Assembly: GCF_963921235.1 (NCBI RefSeq)
Contig: NC_086097.1
Coordinates: 83,206,001 to 83,270,000 of the forward strand
Length of the DNA stretch: 64,000 nt
Direction of reading: 5' to 3'
Source of the DNA: Mobula hypostoma
Taxonomy: Eukaryota
Shown: positions 12,701 through 24,954 of the stretch, one piece after another
Numbering within the stretch: position 1 is the first letter of the stretch
Layout: the number at the start of each line of letters is the position of its first letter
Translations under genes and position numbers: made by a program
Notes under the pieces: generated by a model
What the model was told of the DNA's origin: nothing
Seen by the model: the letters and a program-made list of their open reading frames with translations, nothing else
Database searches by the model: none

Positions 12701-14263
12701 GTAACTTTCCAAGGCAGGTTTCTGCAATAATAAAATTCTTATGTCATTTTATTGAATTTTATACAGCTGAAATTTTATATAAACACATAGCTGGAACAAA
12801 GAGTGTTGTGAAATAATTTAAAGCGGGAAAGTAGGAAGGTTGCTTACTGGGGAAAAAAAGTGAACACTTTGAATAGTGGAGCCCTGATTTATACTTTGCA
12901 CCATTAATCTGCTTATTGTCAGTGTTAGCCACCTGCTAGGTATCCATTTCAGATGTCACACTTTGAGATAAACTAGTACTGGCTTCAGGTCCTCTGTAGA
13001 GCTATTTTGGTTAAAGTTTCCATTGATACTCTCTGCTGAAGTTGCTGTCAAACCATTCACTTGGACGGTTGATCTTGTCAAATTAGTTAATTCTTCATTT
13101 CTCTTTAATGGATTTTAATATAAATTTCCATTCCAGCATTATTTTTAGTCTTTTCTATCACTATAGGATATTTATTGAGACTAAGGCCTTGAAATTGATA
13201 TGTCTTCATTCATTAAAAATAACTATTATAACCCAAAACTAATCATGTTAGCAATCATTTGGAATGAAATCATACTAATCGTGAAATTGAACTGAGCACA
13301 CCCAAGTTCTGATCCCCACCAGCATGCCTGGAAGTTCCTCCCTCATCTTGTTTATTGCCCAGATTCCAACATCTACTCTCTTGTGTCTCCAAAATACCTT
13401 AGTGGTGGTACAGCAGTGTATATGGTACTGATGTTTCATGTTTCCTTTGAATAGGTTCCATGGTATTTCTTTGTTGTGTGGTTCTCTGCGGGAAGACAAA
13501 TCTCAGGGTTGTATTCTGCATACATACTTTTAGCTTTATCGGCTATGGATCAATTCAATGGAGATGTAATAAACACAAATGAAACTCTGTTAATGAGAAT
13601 GTTAGGGAGTTTCTGCTTGAGAGGTGGATTACACCTTAGTGACCCTTCGTCTATGGGAAGGAGAATCATCACCTATAGCCTGTTTAGGTACTATATGTTT
13701 CTGCAATACTCCCACTCTCTTTCACCTCACTGTCTCCTTCTCCCACTTTCTGTGTCCCAGTTGATCTTTCTTGTTTACTCCCTCCCACCTGAGCTTCTGT
13801 CTGTCTCTGTCTACAACCCCATCTTCTTCGTCTCGAGCTACCACTTGCAGTTGTAGCAGACCTGGTGATTCTCCTGGTGCACCAGACCAATCCCGGAGAA
13901 AATCTCAGAGCTCCCTTTGCTCTGAGACAGCAGTAATGGGACTTAATTGCCACCTGGAGTCAGCACCAAAACTGTGGTCCTGATGGAAATTACTGTTTCT
14001 GTCTCACCGTTGATCAAAGTTGGCAGTAGTACCTTTGATACAGCCACTTCCTCCCCCATTGATTTTTCAAATTTCCTAGCTAACAGGCTATGAGATCTAT
14101 TCACTTCTTCTGTGCTGGGTTTGAATCTGACACAGTCCCATTCAAGTGAATGAGTGATATTAGCACCCAAGGGAAAAAAGACAATAAGTTATATTACTTT
14201 TAATAGTTGTATTTGATTTTTGTCTGCTAGACCTTCTTTTTCGATCATAAATTTTAACTGACA

Positions 14264-15415
14264 CAGAACCAGGTTTAATATCACCGGCATACGTCATGAA
14301 ATTTGTTAACTTTGCGGCAGCAATACAATGATATTTATCAATACATGATAAATATTTTTAAATGTATTACAGTAATATATGTACATTAAATTGTTAAGTT
14401 AAAATAAGTAGTACATAAAGAGAAATTTTAAAAAGTGAGTTGCGTTCATGGGTTCAGTGTCCATTTAGAAATCTGATGGGAGAGGAGAAAAAACTGTTCC
14501 TGAATCGCTGAGTGTGTGCCTTCAGGCTCCTGTACCTCCTTCCTGATGGTTGCAATGAGAAGAGAGCATGTCCTGGGTGGTGGGGGGCCTGAATGATGGA
14601 CGCCGCCTTCCTGTGGCACCGCTCCTTGAAGTCGTCTTGGATACTACGGATGCTAGCACACATGATGGAGCTGAGTAATTTTACAAATTTCTGCAACTTA
14701 CTTCGATCCTGGCAGTAGCTTCCCACCCCCCACCCCCAGACCAGATGGTGATGGAGCCAGTCAGAATGCTGTCCACATCAGTAGAAGTTTGAGTGTTTTA
14801 GGTGACAAGCCAAATCTCATCAAACTCCTCATGAAATGTAGCCACTGTCTTGCTGCCTTTATGCTGCGACCAGGTTAGATCCTCTGAGATATTGACTCCC
14901 AGGAACTTGAAGTTGCTCTCTCTCTACACTTCTGATCCCTCTGAAGATTGGTTTATGTTCCCCTGTCTTGCCTTTTCTGAAGTCCACAACCAGCACTTTG
15001 ATCTTACTAACATGGAGTGCCAGACTGTTGCTACGACGTCACTCAACTTGCTGGGATATCTCACTCCTGTACGTCCTTCTTGTCACCATCTGAGATTTGG
15101 CCAGCAATAGTTGTATCATCTGCAAACTTACAGATTGTATTTGACCTAAGCGGCACATCATTGGCAGGGAGAGTAGAGCAGTGGGCTAAGTGCATGTCCT
15201 TGTGGTGTGCCAGTGTTGATTCTCAGGGAGGTGGAGATGTTATTTCCAATGCACACAGATTGTGGTCTTCTGGTTAGGAAGTCGAGGATCCAGTTGCAGA
15301 GGGAGGTATAAAGGCCTAGTTTCTGTATAGTTTTTCAATCAGAACTGTAGGGATGATGGTGTTAAATGCTGAGCTATAGTCAATAAACAGTTTGCTGACA
15401 CGGGTATTGGTATTG
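14264..15415 (-). mobile_element. Decayed Rex1-like LINE fragment
   Basis: ORF 14454-14726: ERCHRKAASIIQAPHHPGHALFSLQPSGRRYRSLKAHTQRFRNSFF. Upstream FADDTT-like motif (plus-strand ATAGTTGTATCATCTGCAAACTT). Confidence 0.8.
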
Positions 15416-15745
15416 ACTTTATATTGAATTTGTAACAACTTTTAAAAATAATTTTAGCAGTATGCTCTTTTAAACAAGCTCTAAAATGCGACTAAAAGTG
15501 AATGAGAGCTGTTCGAAGATCTCACTGGCAGAATTGACATTCACTCAGTCTGGGTATGAAAAGTCAGGCTTTCAAAGTGGTTCTGTGACTGTAACTCCCT
15601 GCCTCTACTGGCTGTATCAGTGCTCAGAGCAGAGATTCTGTGGAAGATTGCAAAGGGATGTGTGGTGGAACAAACAGCTTGCCAAAGGGGCAGACAGGGT
15701 GAACTTTCAATCAGTGGAACATCTGCCTTGGTACATTTTGTAGCT

Positions 15746-15838
15746 ACACACATAAAAGTTGCTGGTGAACGCAGCAGGCCAGGCAGCATCTCTAGGAAGA
15801 GGTGCAGTCGACGTTTCAGGCCAAGACCCTTCGTCAGC
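15746..15838 (-). mobile_element. 93-bp Penelope-like 3' fragment with a perfect 14-bp TSD
   Basis: TACATTTTGTAGCT at 15732-15745 and 15839-15852. On the minus strand the insert starts at the hammerhead core CTGACGA. Confidence 0.85.
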
Positions 15839-18075
15839 TACATTTTGTAGCTGTTGGGCTGTCTTGCGTGTGTGCCTTTATGGGTTGACACTCACTCTCT
15901 GGAGCGTGGGTAGTTGTACCAAATTACTGTGGTCCTGATAGAAACTCTGCAAGCTTGCTTTTAGCCAGTTTTGCGATTTCCTGGTGAAGGATGTCCAATT
16001 TGGTGCTTATGATAATTCACCAGTGTTTTAGTGCATTGAAAACAGATGCATTTTTAAAAATTTCAAAATATACTGTGTTGCTGAAAATATCAAAGTGCAA
16101 TATAGAAAGTTCAAGTCAATGCTTTCATAGCATGTAATGCTATTCGCATAGAATTGAATTTCTAAGCATATATCCTGTAGAATATTTTATATGCCTTTAA
16201 GGATATTCATCGACAACCTCGGAAATATGTCCCCTTAGAATTGAAAGACTGCTGCAGCAAATAGATACTTTGCCAAATAAATGTCTTGTACAATTCTGAC
16301 ATCTAGGTTAACAGTGGGTTATTTTTACAAAATAGCATTCCCACAGTAGTTTCTTCTTTTAAAGCAAAATTAACTAATTTTGAGCCTTTAGACACTGATA
16401 TTCGTTAGGGTTGCTAAGCAATAGAATGTGCTGCCAGTGACATTGAAGTTTGTTACTTCTTTTGTTGAAGGTGTCATTTGAACCGTATTTCTCAGCAGAA
16501 TGAAACTCTTGTCTCACAGATAAAATTATTCCTGGTGAAACCATCTTTAACGCTATGGAAGTTGTTTCACTTATAAAGCTGACAAAATATAAAGAGGCTT
16601 TGTTGCATGATTGACCTTTTGGGTTGCAGAGAACGTCCACTTTAGAAAATAGTAAGCTGTCTACAATAGTTGTTGCTCTGTCTTATTTGTGGAAAACAGA
16701 GCAGTTCCCTTAATATTGCTGCAATGGTCAATGCAACAATTTTCCTGTTGTTGAATTCTGAAGTAAATTTTTTAGTCTTGTGCCAGTAAAAATATTTGTG
16801 TCTTTCAATGTACAAAGTGCCACAAGTGATTCTCTTCTGTTTACTTTCCCAACACTCCACCCACACATTGGCAGCCGCTTAGCCATTTTATCTCCAGCCT
16901 TGCTTAAATAGGCTATTTGTATATTTGTGTGAGTAATTTTGAATAGTGTACTGTGCAGACACAGATCTAAAGCCAGAAGTTTACAAAAGTTCAGCTCTCT
17001 TCAGCCAAACTGAGCAATCTTCTCAAAGCAATTCAGGGGCAGTTATTTTATGTATTCTGGACCCCTTCCTGTTATTGCTATATACAGCACATCTTGCAGA
17101 CACAAAGTATTCTTCTATGAAGCCTTCAGTGCTAGCAGCCAAATAAAGCACTCAGTGCATCACAGTTCTTCCATGACTGGCATCTCCAATTATTTCAGCA
17201 ATACAAAGGGGCCACTAGAAGAGTAGCATCAGGGTTTACTTGCTCTTCTGTTGGCAGGTGTGTATAGAGCCCTGCTGGCCACCATTTGTTTACTCTGCAT
17301 GAATGGCCACAAAGTGCAGCCTGACAAGCCGGCCATACAATTTTCACTTCCACAAAAACTTGTGCAGACCTTTTCATGGTGATTAGGGATTATTATTTTT
17401 TTAAATAATTGCGTCTGGCCATGCAAGTAGAACAAAAATTTGCACAGTGCAAATCAGAACATCAATATGAGGAAGGTATTTTTGAAGCAAAACAAATTAT
17501 GAATTGTTGGCAGCATTCTCATATCTTTTTACTATTCAGCATCCTGCCTTGGAAGCACTTATGTTATTAAGCTGCTTTTCCCACTTACCTCTGCCAAATA
17601 CTGCCCAGGACCATCACTTCGATCAGAAGGTAACAGACTCAGTCACCCATGCAATACAGATTAAAAACTCTTTGTTTTAATGTAAGAAACAGGACTTTGA
17701 AATTGTTTAGCAAGATTCAGTTTTCATGAGAGTCCAAGCCCAATACAAAATCATAAAATTGTTGATGGCTCTACCTGATTGACTGTTTAAACCCATTTTT
17801 TAAAAAAATATGTAAAATAGGATGATAATTCTTTCTCTGCAACATATTAACAGATACACAGTTCATAAAGTATAATGATTTAGCTTAGTTACACAAAATG
17901 AGGTATAATCTTAATTAAAGTGATAATGAAATGTTGCAGATGAAGAATAATATATAAAACTGTGCAGAGTGAAAAACACCCACAACCAGGTGTATTATCA
18001 GTGACAGACGTCATTAAAATTGTTGTTTTGTGGTAGCAATACTGTATAAGACATAAAAATTACTACAAGTTACAA

Positions 18076-19961
18076 CAGTGATTCTCAATGGGGTGGCTAC
18101 ATGTCCTAAGGGGGTGTTAGGGGAAATAGAGGTCACGGGGGGGATGTAACCCTAACTTGAGGCGCGAGACCTTACTGACCATATGACCTTGTCAACCCGC
18201 TGCCAACATCAACATCCGATAGGCATTCCCAGTTTGTGTTAATTTTTAAATTTTAATTTAGCGCTGTTAATGATGGATAAGTACATACGGCGTGATTTCT
18301 GAGTCTGAAGGCGGCAAAGCCTTGAATTCTAATCCTGCTAAGAAACAGAAACCACAGATTTCTAGAGTAGGTTACATGGTCGGCACAACATTTTGGTCCA
18401 AAGGGCCTGTAATGTGTTGTAGATTTCTATGTTTCTAAAGTACATTAATGCAATGTTACATACCTGGAGTGTGGTTTTAGGCTGTTACCATCAGATCAGG
18501 AACGTCCCATGTGCCTGATTTCTAATACTGTACTGTGTAATGAAGCCATGAAACCGTCAAGGTTGCAGAAACACTTCTGTAAAGGACATCCTGAAAAGAC
18601 TACTTATGGTATTACTCAGTTCCAGAAGTTGAAAGAATCATTTGAAAACCTTTGCACACTCGAGTCATTTGCCAAGAAAGCTAAACATGACCTTGATAGT
18701 GCCATTGTTTCTTATAACATTTCCAAAATGATAGCAAAGTGTGAAAATGTCATACAATTGGTGAAAGATACAAAATAAGAAATTCCAATTCTGTTTACAA
18801 GCCATTTTGTAATTTATCAACATCTCGCAGCCAGAAACCTCAGCCAGGAAGCTTTTTCAAGCATGACTCTTGTGATATCTGCTTTCAACAGAATTAAAGC
18901 TCATCCATTCAATAACAGAATATTTCACCAGTTATGCCAAGATAATGATGAAGAGTTTGAACACTTGCTTCTTCACACTGAAGTGCATTGGCTGTCAAAA
19001 GGCTGCTGCTTAAAACATTTCTTTTATCTTTTTGACACTGGTCTTTTTGCTCAAAGTCAACAAGAGCTTGGGAAACAAGATTGAACTTCTTCATGGAGAT
19101 GTGACATACCTAGCCGATCTGTATGACATTCTAAGTATGAAGTGCAGGGTCAGAATTTCAATTTAATGCAGGCAAAAAATGCAGAGTCCACTTTTATTGA
19201 CAACTTGGAAATATATAAGCAAAACATTGGGAGAAGAATGTTCTCACAGTTTCCCTGCATGAAAAGTGTAGCACTCTCTTTCACAGACTGATTTGCAAGA
19301 GTACTGCCTATACTTGCAGTCATTGAAGAAAGTCTTTCAGACTCGATTCAAGGATTTGAACGATTTGGAAATTCTCACTGGGTAATTAACCCCATTTTTT
19401 TGCAAGGTGGAAGAACGAGAACAGCAAGAAGAAATTATCGAAATTCAGAATGATGAAGAAGCAAAACTGCTTTTCAAAAATGTCAGCTTTGGTGGTATGT
19501 GGCTACACTGTCATATAAAGTTTCCTGGTCTTTGGAGAAGAGCCAAACTGCTCTTCATTGCATTTCCATCCTCCTACCTTGTTGAATGAGGCTTCAGTGC
19601 AATGAACAACATACTCACAAAAAAACAGAGACTGCTTGAACATTGTTACGTGTGGGGACTTGAGGCTTTTGCTGTCACAACTTGAACCAGATATTTCAAC
19701 TCTTGCTAAAAACCATCAAGCTCAAGGATCACATTGATATCAAAGCTGCTGCACAGCACACAGGTACTGTGTAAGCTAGGTTTAAAGACAAATACAAATT
19801 TAAAGCAGAATCATTTTTCTCATGTTAGCATATGGTAGACATGTTTTTACACTATGGGGGGGGGTGGTTCCAGAAAGCGCATTGTGCCTCAGAAGGGCAT
19901 TGGTAAGTATGAAGGTGATTTAGGGGTGCATTGGGCTAAAAAAAATGGTTGGGAAACACTG
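18076..19961 (+). mobile_element. hAT (Buster/Charlie-type) DNA transposon with a pseudogenised, internally deleted transposase
   Basis: TIRs CAGTGATTCTCAA / TTGGGAAACACTG; 8-bp TSD AGTTACAA / GGTTACAA with central TA. Peptide pieces PMCLISNTVLCNEAMKPSRLQKHF, LLLHTEVHWLSKG, FPSSYLVE*GFS and a HQAQGSH* terminus. Confidence 0.9.
18370..18436 (+). mobile_element. Tiny CR1/SINE-type 3' tail nested in the hAT element
   Basis: GGTCGGCACAACATTTTGGTCCAAAGGGCCTGTA...TTTCTATGTTTCTA, flanked by TTCTAGAGTA and TTCTAAAGTA. Confidence 0.55.
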
Positions 19962-20449
19962 GGTTACAAAAATAATAAGAGGCATAATGAGTAGTGTTCA
20001 TGGACTATTCAGAAATCTGATGGCCGAGGGGAAGAAGTTGTTCCTAAAATACTGAGTGTGAGTCTTCAGGTTCCTGTACCTTCCTGGTGGTACTAAAGAG
20101 TGGAGGGCATATCCCAGATTATGAGGATCCTTATTGGTGGATGTTGTTTTCCTGAGGTATCACCTCTTGAAGATATCCTCAATTATGGAGAGGCTTGTGT
20201 CTCTAATAGAACTGGTTGAGTCTGGAACCCTTTGCAGCCTCCTTCAATTGTGCACATTGGAGGCCTTTTATTTTCCAAACAATGTAGTCTGCTGTGATAG
20301 AAAGTGGAAGTAAATGTGACTTTGCTATGATCGGGAATACAAGTTTGCACCTGCACCCTTGGTTGGGTAGCTTATTGAGGAGGGAAGGTAGAAAGTTCAG
20401 ATCTTACATAAACCATGTAGTTCCCAGCTGCCATTAGCCAGATGCACAA

Positions 20450-20870
20450 CATAACCCAAGAAGTAGAGCAGGAGTACAAGGTGCTGGAGGATGAGGGTGG
20501 TGGAGTGAGAGCTTGTCACTTACCCTTTCACTGCCATTTTGTAAGATCGAGACTGATCATTAATCTCAGCACCACTCTGACAATTAACACCTTATCCCTT
20601 AATTCGTTACTGTCCCAAAATTTGTCTATCTCTGATTTGAACATATTTGGTCAATGAGCCTCCACAATCTTCTCTAATACAGAATTCAGCAAGTTTATTA
20701 CCCTCTTGCTGAAGCACTTCTTATCTCTATCATGAATGGCAGACCATATTCTGAGATGGGGACCCTGGGTTCTGGATATCCCTGGCATGGGTAGGCATCC
20801 ATCCTACATCTCCCCACTCAAGCCTCCTTACAGCAGTATATTCCAATAAACTGCTCAGTTTCTAAGTACC
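20450..20870 (-). mobile_element. Old CR1 LINE 3' fragment
   Basis: Resembles the reverse complement of the CR1 3' region at 51350-51658 (GAGCAGGAGTA..., GAGCCTCCACA...ACAGAATTC...ACCCTC). Confidence 0.45.
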
Positions 20871-21597
20871 TTGTAACTGTCAAGATGTTTCAGGTGAATG
20901 GAGAAATTTGTGTTTTTTGTTTTGAAAGATTGCTTAACTGGTTAAAAAAGGTTTGACATTTTACACAATGATATGCTTAACTTGTGTAAATACATTACGT
21001 ATTTAATAATTAAGTAATTCATTTTTAAGGAAAGTTTAGGAACAGCCAGGTATGATTTGAATTGTTAAATAATATTTTATGTTTATCTGTTCTGTTTTTA
21101 TTTTGCACTCTGATGGTGTTTTTTTTAATTTGAAAGGTGTTACTAATAGCTGTCCACAGTTTGTCCTTCCCTGCCCCCATTTATTAATTAAGGAAAGCAG
21201 AATTTCATGAAGAGATTTTGCGGCTCAGGATGCCTATTCTCAAGCTGATGAAGTACAAAGAAGAAAATAAAGGCAATGTGCTCTTTCTGAAACAGTTCCT
21301 CAGCACTGGCTTGCAGCCCCACTCCTTTTAGAAAGTGTCTCATTTGTATTGCAGGGCTGTTTCAGTGGCAGCTGGTTTCACTTTAAGACAATGGGCGTGT
21401 GTACTGATGTAACTGTAGAGGATCCTGGGTGCCACTTACAACTCTACAAACTTGGCTTCTGCCATCCATGAATTAAATGAATGAGGTTCAAGAAGTAAAT
21501 TCCTGCCAGGCTCTGTAACTCCCTAAGTAAGGACAGTTTGGGAAAAGTGGCAATTTATTTCATAGAGTCTTCTGTTACTTCCTGTGGTTTTATAAAA

Positions 21598-21900
21598 TAT
21601 AGGCATCCGTTAGTCTCATGAGACCATAGATTTGTGCCTTGGAAGGTTTCCAGGGCGCAGGCCTGGGCAAGGTTGTATGGAAGACCGGCAATTTCCCATG
21701 CTGCAAGTCTCCCCTCTCCACGGCACCGATGTTGTCCAAGAGAAGGGCATTAGGACCAATACAGCTTGGCACCAGTGTCGTCGTAGAGCAATGTGTGGTT
21801 AAGTGCCTTGCTCAAGGACACAACATGCTGCCTCTGCCAAGGGTCGAACTAGCGACCTTCAGATCACTAGACGAATGCCTTAACCACTTGGCCACGTGCC
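21598..21900 (-). mobile_element. tRNA-derived CORE-type SINE with a probable RTE-like tail
   Basis: Minus strand: GGCACGTGGCCAAGTGGTTAAGGC (A box), AGTTCGACCC (B box), CORE-like TGTGTCCTTGAGCAAGGCACTTAACC, tail GGTCTCATGAGACTAACGGATGCCTA. Confidence 0.75.
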
Positions 21901-22880
21901 TACACTCACCCAACAGTACACCTGAACTATCTAGATCAGCCAGGAGGAAAAATGGTATCTATGTTTTTCCATTCACCGGCCAGGGATATTGCACATCCTG
22001 AGTTGGAAATGTATTTGCACTTCTACAGGTTTAGCTAAAGACCAGTAAGAAGCAATGAATTTCTTAATTGCTTGGGAAGCTGATTTCACAGAAAAATCAG
22101 ATCGTAAATCATATATGCATCTGGATTTTATTAGAAAATGTTAACATTTTAATTTCCTCTTCAGCATAACTGAACAGGCTGGGGTTTAGGATACATGAGG
22201 GCAAATATTTATATCCTTTTGCTGGCATCCTAAATTATTTAGTAATTGGATATGAATATCGAAGTGTTAATGCATCTAGACACTGAAGCAGTTCTTTTGT
22301 AGTCTTAATAGAGCCTTTGCTATCTTGTGTATTTTAAAAAAAGTGAATTTCTTAGCTGCAGCATATAATTTATCCTGATTGCCTTCCAGTCATAGGCCTA
22401 AAGTGGGATTTTTAATTTCCTAACACCTGGCATCTAGTAGTTATAACAGAGAAAGACAGAGACTTTACACAGGCTTTTTGTAAGCTGTTGGCAAAGACTG
22501 AACTAACTCTTTTTGACAGTCCAAACTTTAAAGAAGTGTTGTTTTCATTAAAAGTGTTGGCAGTCTTTCTTTGAGGTGGAGAGGAAAGCTTTGATGTGGT
22601 TGTGATAGTGCGAATGATTTGTGTGCATTGATTTGAGAAGATGTCACTTCCTGCATGTCATAATGGTTTATCTCATCATTCTGGTAGCGCATTGTTTCAT
22701 CAGTGCAAGCGTATGATTGGACTCAAATGTGTGGATGATGTGGGATTTAACAAGGTAGATATCAAGGACAAAATGACCAAGTTATGGGCTATTGGATCTG
22801 GCTGGTGCCCGGGTTATTCCATGGTAGTGTTAGCCATTTCATACTTGCCTTTCCAGATGTGGAGTTTTGAATCAAGCTAA

Positions 22881-23264
22881 CACTTCATACCCGAGATGTA
22901 CCCTGTGATGCTCGAGATGGTGACGCTCCATACCCGAGATGTACCCTGTGATGCTCGAGATGGTGACACTCCATACCCGAGATGTACCCTGTGATGCTCG
23001 AGATGGTGACGCTCCATACCCGAGATGTACCCTGTGATGCTTGAGATGGTGACGCTCCATACCCGAGATGTACCCTGTGATGCTCGAGATGGTGACGCTC
23101 TATACCCGACATGCACCCTGTGATGCTCTAGATGGTGACGCTCTATACCCGAGATGCACCCTGTGATGCTCGAGATGGTGACACTCCATACCCGAGATGT
23201 ACCCTGTGATGCTCGAGATGGTGACACTCCATATCCGAGATGCACCCTGTGATGCTCGAGATGG
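22881..23264. repeat. Minisatellite, about 9 copies of a 43-bp unit
   Basis: Unit CATACCCGAGATGTACCCTGTGATGCTCGAGATGGTGACGCTC recurs at 22886, 22929, 22972 ... 23230, head to tail with no spacers. Confidence 0.95.
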
Positions 23265-23692
23265 CTGCTAATTTAGCACTTGGAACCCAGCACGGCAACA
23301 TCATTCTGACAGATGAAAAGGACAAATCTAAATTACATTTAAAAGAATGAGGTGGAATAGCTGCTTGAAAAATCAAATTAAGCACTTTTTCGGATTGAAA
23401 CTCGTCTTTTGGTTTAGTCACCTCAGGGTGTTGCCCCTGCCTCAAAAATTCATTCATTGATTTGAAATCGAAGGCATGAATCTTGGAGGCATAATAAATA
23501 TGCTGAGGACAGGGTTTGGCACATTTGGTGATGCAGGCATCATTAACTTTCAAGGTATTTGTCCTTCAATTAACAGTTGAAGATGTGAAGCATGATTTTG
23601 GATTCTCTGATAATGTGCCCTAAAAGATTGATTGCTTCAATATCTGTGTTTCACTATACATCTGAAATTAAATTTATGTCTTCCCTCTACAG

Positions 23693-23860
23693 AAATAGAA
23701 TTCATTGAGGACGTCGTGCCTGAACATAACCTGTGCCCGGAGGTATCTGGTTGTGATCTGCTGGATGGGCAGTGCGTTTGTGAGATCCTGCACACTTGTG
23801 TCAGGGTATTCCAGTTCCCTGATGTGGAAGCCTGCACTGCGGCGTCGGGCTATGCTCCAG
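23693..23860 (+). CDS. CRIM1-like: Internal coding exon (phase 1-1, 168 nt) of a CRIM1-like cysteine-rich protein
   Basis: Acceptor TCTTCCCTCTACAG (AG at 23691-92) and donor CAG|GTAAAG (GT at 23861-62). Open frame (E)IEFIEDVVPEHNLCPEVSGCDLLDGQCVCEILHTCVRVFQFPDVEACTAASGYAP. Cys spacing x5-x6-x1-x5-x11 with GC..L.GxCxC and FxFP motifs, versus x7-x6-x1-x5-x11 in human CRIM1 exon 2 as I recall it. Confidence 0.8.
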
Positions 23861-24748
23861 GTAAAGTAAATCAATGAATGAAGGTAGATGAGCCTATTGT
23901 TCATGTGTTAGTGAATTTAAAATACATGTGAGTAAATTTGATATTAACTGTGTGCAAGATGTATAGATAGTTGACCATACTTCATGTAAAATAGAAAACG
24001 TACATAATAAACACTTCATTTTATATTTGGCCAAAATGTTCTGGGCAACGGAATAATATGCATGAGAAATAAATTCCTGTTGAAGGATTTAGTGTTGATT
24101 CAGGTCCAGTGTTTGCCTCCTTCTGATACCTTTCCATTTGAGGGAGGTGACAATGAATTGATTGAGGTTCAATATGAAGTGTTTGCTTCTCATTAAGTTG
24201 TCTACTTTGATCAGTTTGTTTTAGTTATCTCTGTTGTGCTGTGTTGAAGGATTGAGTTGTCTAAAAAACAATTTATCCAACTTAAAAATCTATGTTTGCA
24301 CTCTCTGACTCTTCACACCCCCCCCCCCCCGCCAGCCAGGTATTTCCTACTTCCCCCTCCCCCCAGTATCTTCCCCCTTCCTTTCCCAGCATTGGCAGAA
24401 TCTCGTGTTTATTATTTGAATATTCCACATTATGTTCTCTAATACGCTGGTCTGAGGCAATTAACCTTTTAAGCAATCAGAAGAGTGTAACTCAACAGCC
24501 TGATTTGATTGCTACTGGTTAGTTGTAGCATTAAGCTAATTGTTTTAAAACTACACCAAAGATTAAAATATTTCATTTCTAGTTTAGAAGTAAACGATAT
24601 AATTTATAATCCCATGAGGAAAATGCATTCATTAGTCTCTCAAAAATGAGTTTTTAATGTAAAATAATATTGTTGATGCTGGTGATTGGAATCCAAAGCA
24701 AAGTTGCCTGAAACACTAAGTGGCTTAATCAGAGTTTGAAGGTGAAGG

Positions 24749-24954
24749 TGAAGGTTTTCACAAATAAAACATTGGAGGTGTTTAAGTAAAAACCATAGCA
24801 GCTGATTTATTGTAATCCAAACATTAAACACAAAGTGTGGTAAAAAACTTTATGTAATTATGTCATGGCGTCAAAACAGCCTCTTAAATTGAACCTCAAC
24901 TCAATGTCGGTGGCTGTGAATTATGTATGTTCCCACCAATTACATTACCCTACA
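24749..24954 (-). repeat. 3' LTR of the Gypsy element
   Basis: Minus strand TGTAGGGTAATGTAATTGGTGG...AATAAA...AAACCTTCA, preceded by a G-rich PPT-like tract (plus-strand CAGCCCCCACGCCACACCCCT). Confidence 0.8.

Larger units (their letters stand above)
17983..20262 (-). mobile_element. Rex1-like LINE 3' fragment split by the hAT insertion (pieces 17983-18075 and 19970-20262)
   Basis: Both pieces resemble 14264-14700 (CCAGG..TATTATCA; AGAAATCTGATGG..GAGGGGAAGAAG..GTTCCT; CTTCAGG.TCCTGTACC). Confidence 0.65.

Noticed and set aside
13771..13983. Additional exon of the CRIM1-like gene
   Set aside because: No CRIM1-type cysteine pattern, and no convincing acceptor/donor pair before the stop.
21825..21900. 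tRNA gene (also 2200-2271 and 54703-54770)
   Set aside because: A/B boxes run on into SINE body and tail sequences, and there is no proper acceptor stem.
22881..23264. CRISPR array or His-rich repeat protein
   Set aside because: Units are contiguous with no unique spacers, there are no cas genes and the DNA is eukaryotic. The 43-bp unit cycles through reading frames, so the ORFs are artefacts.
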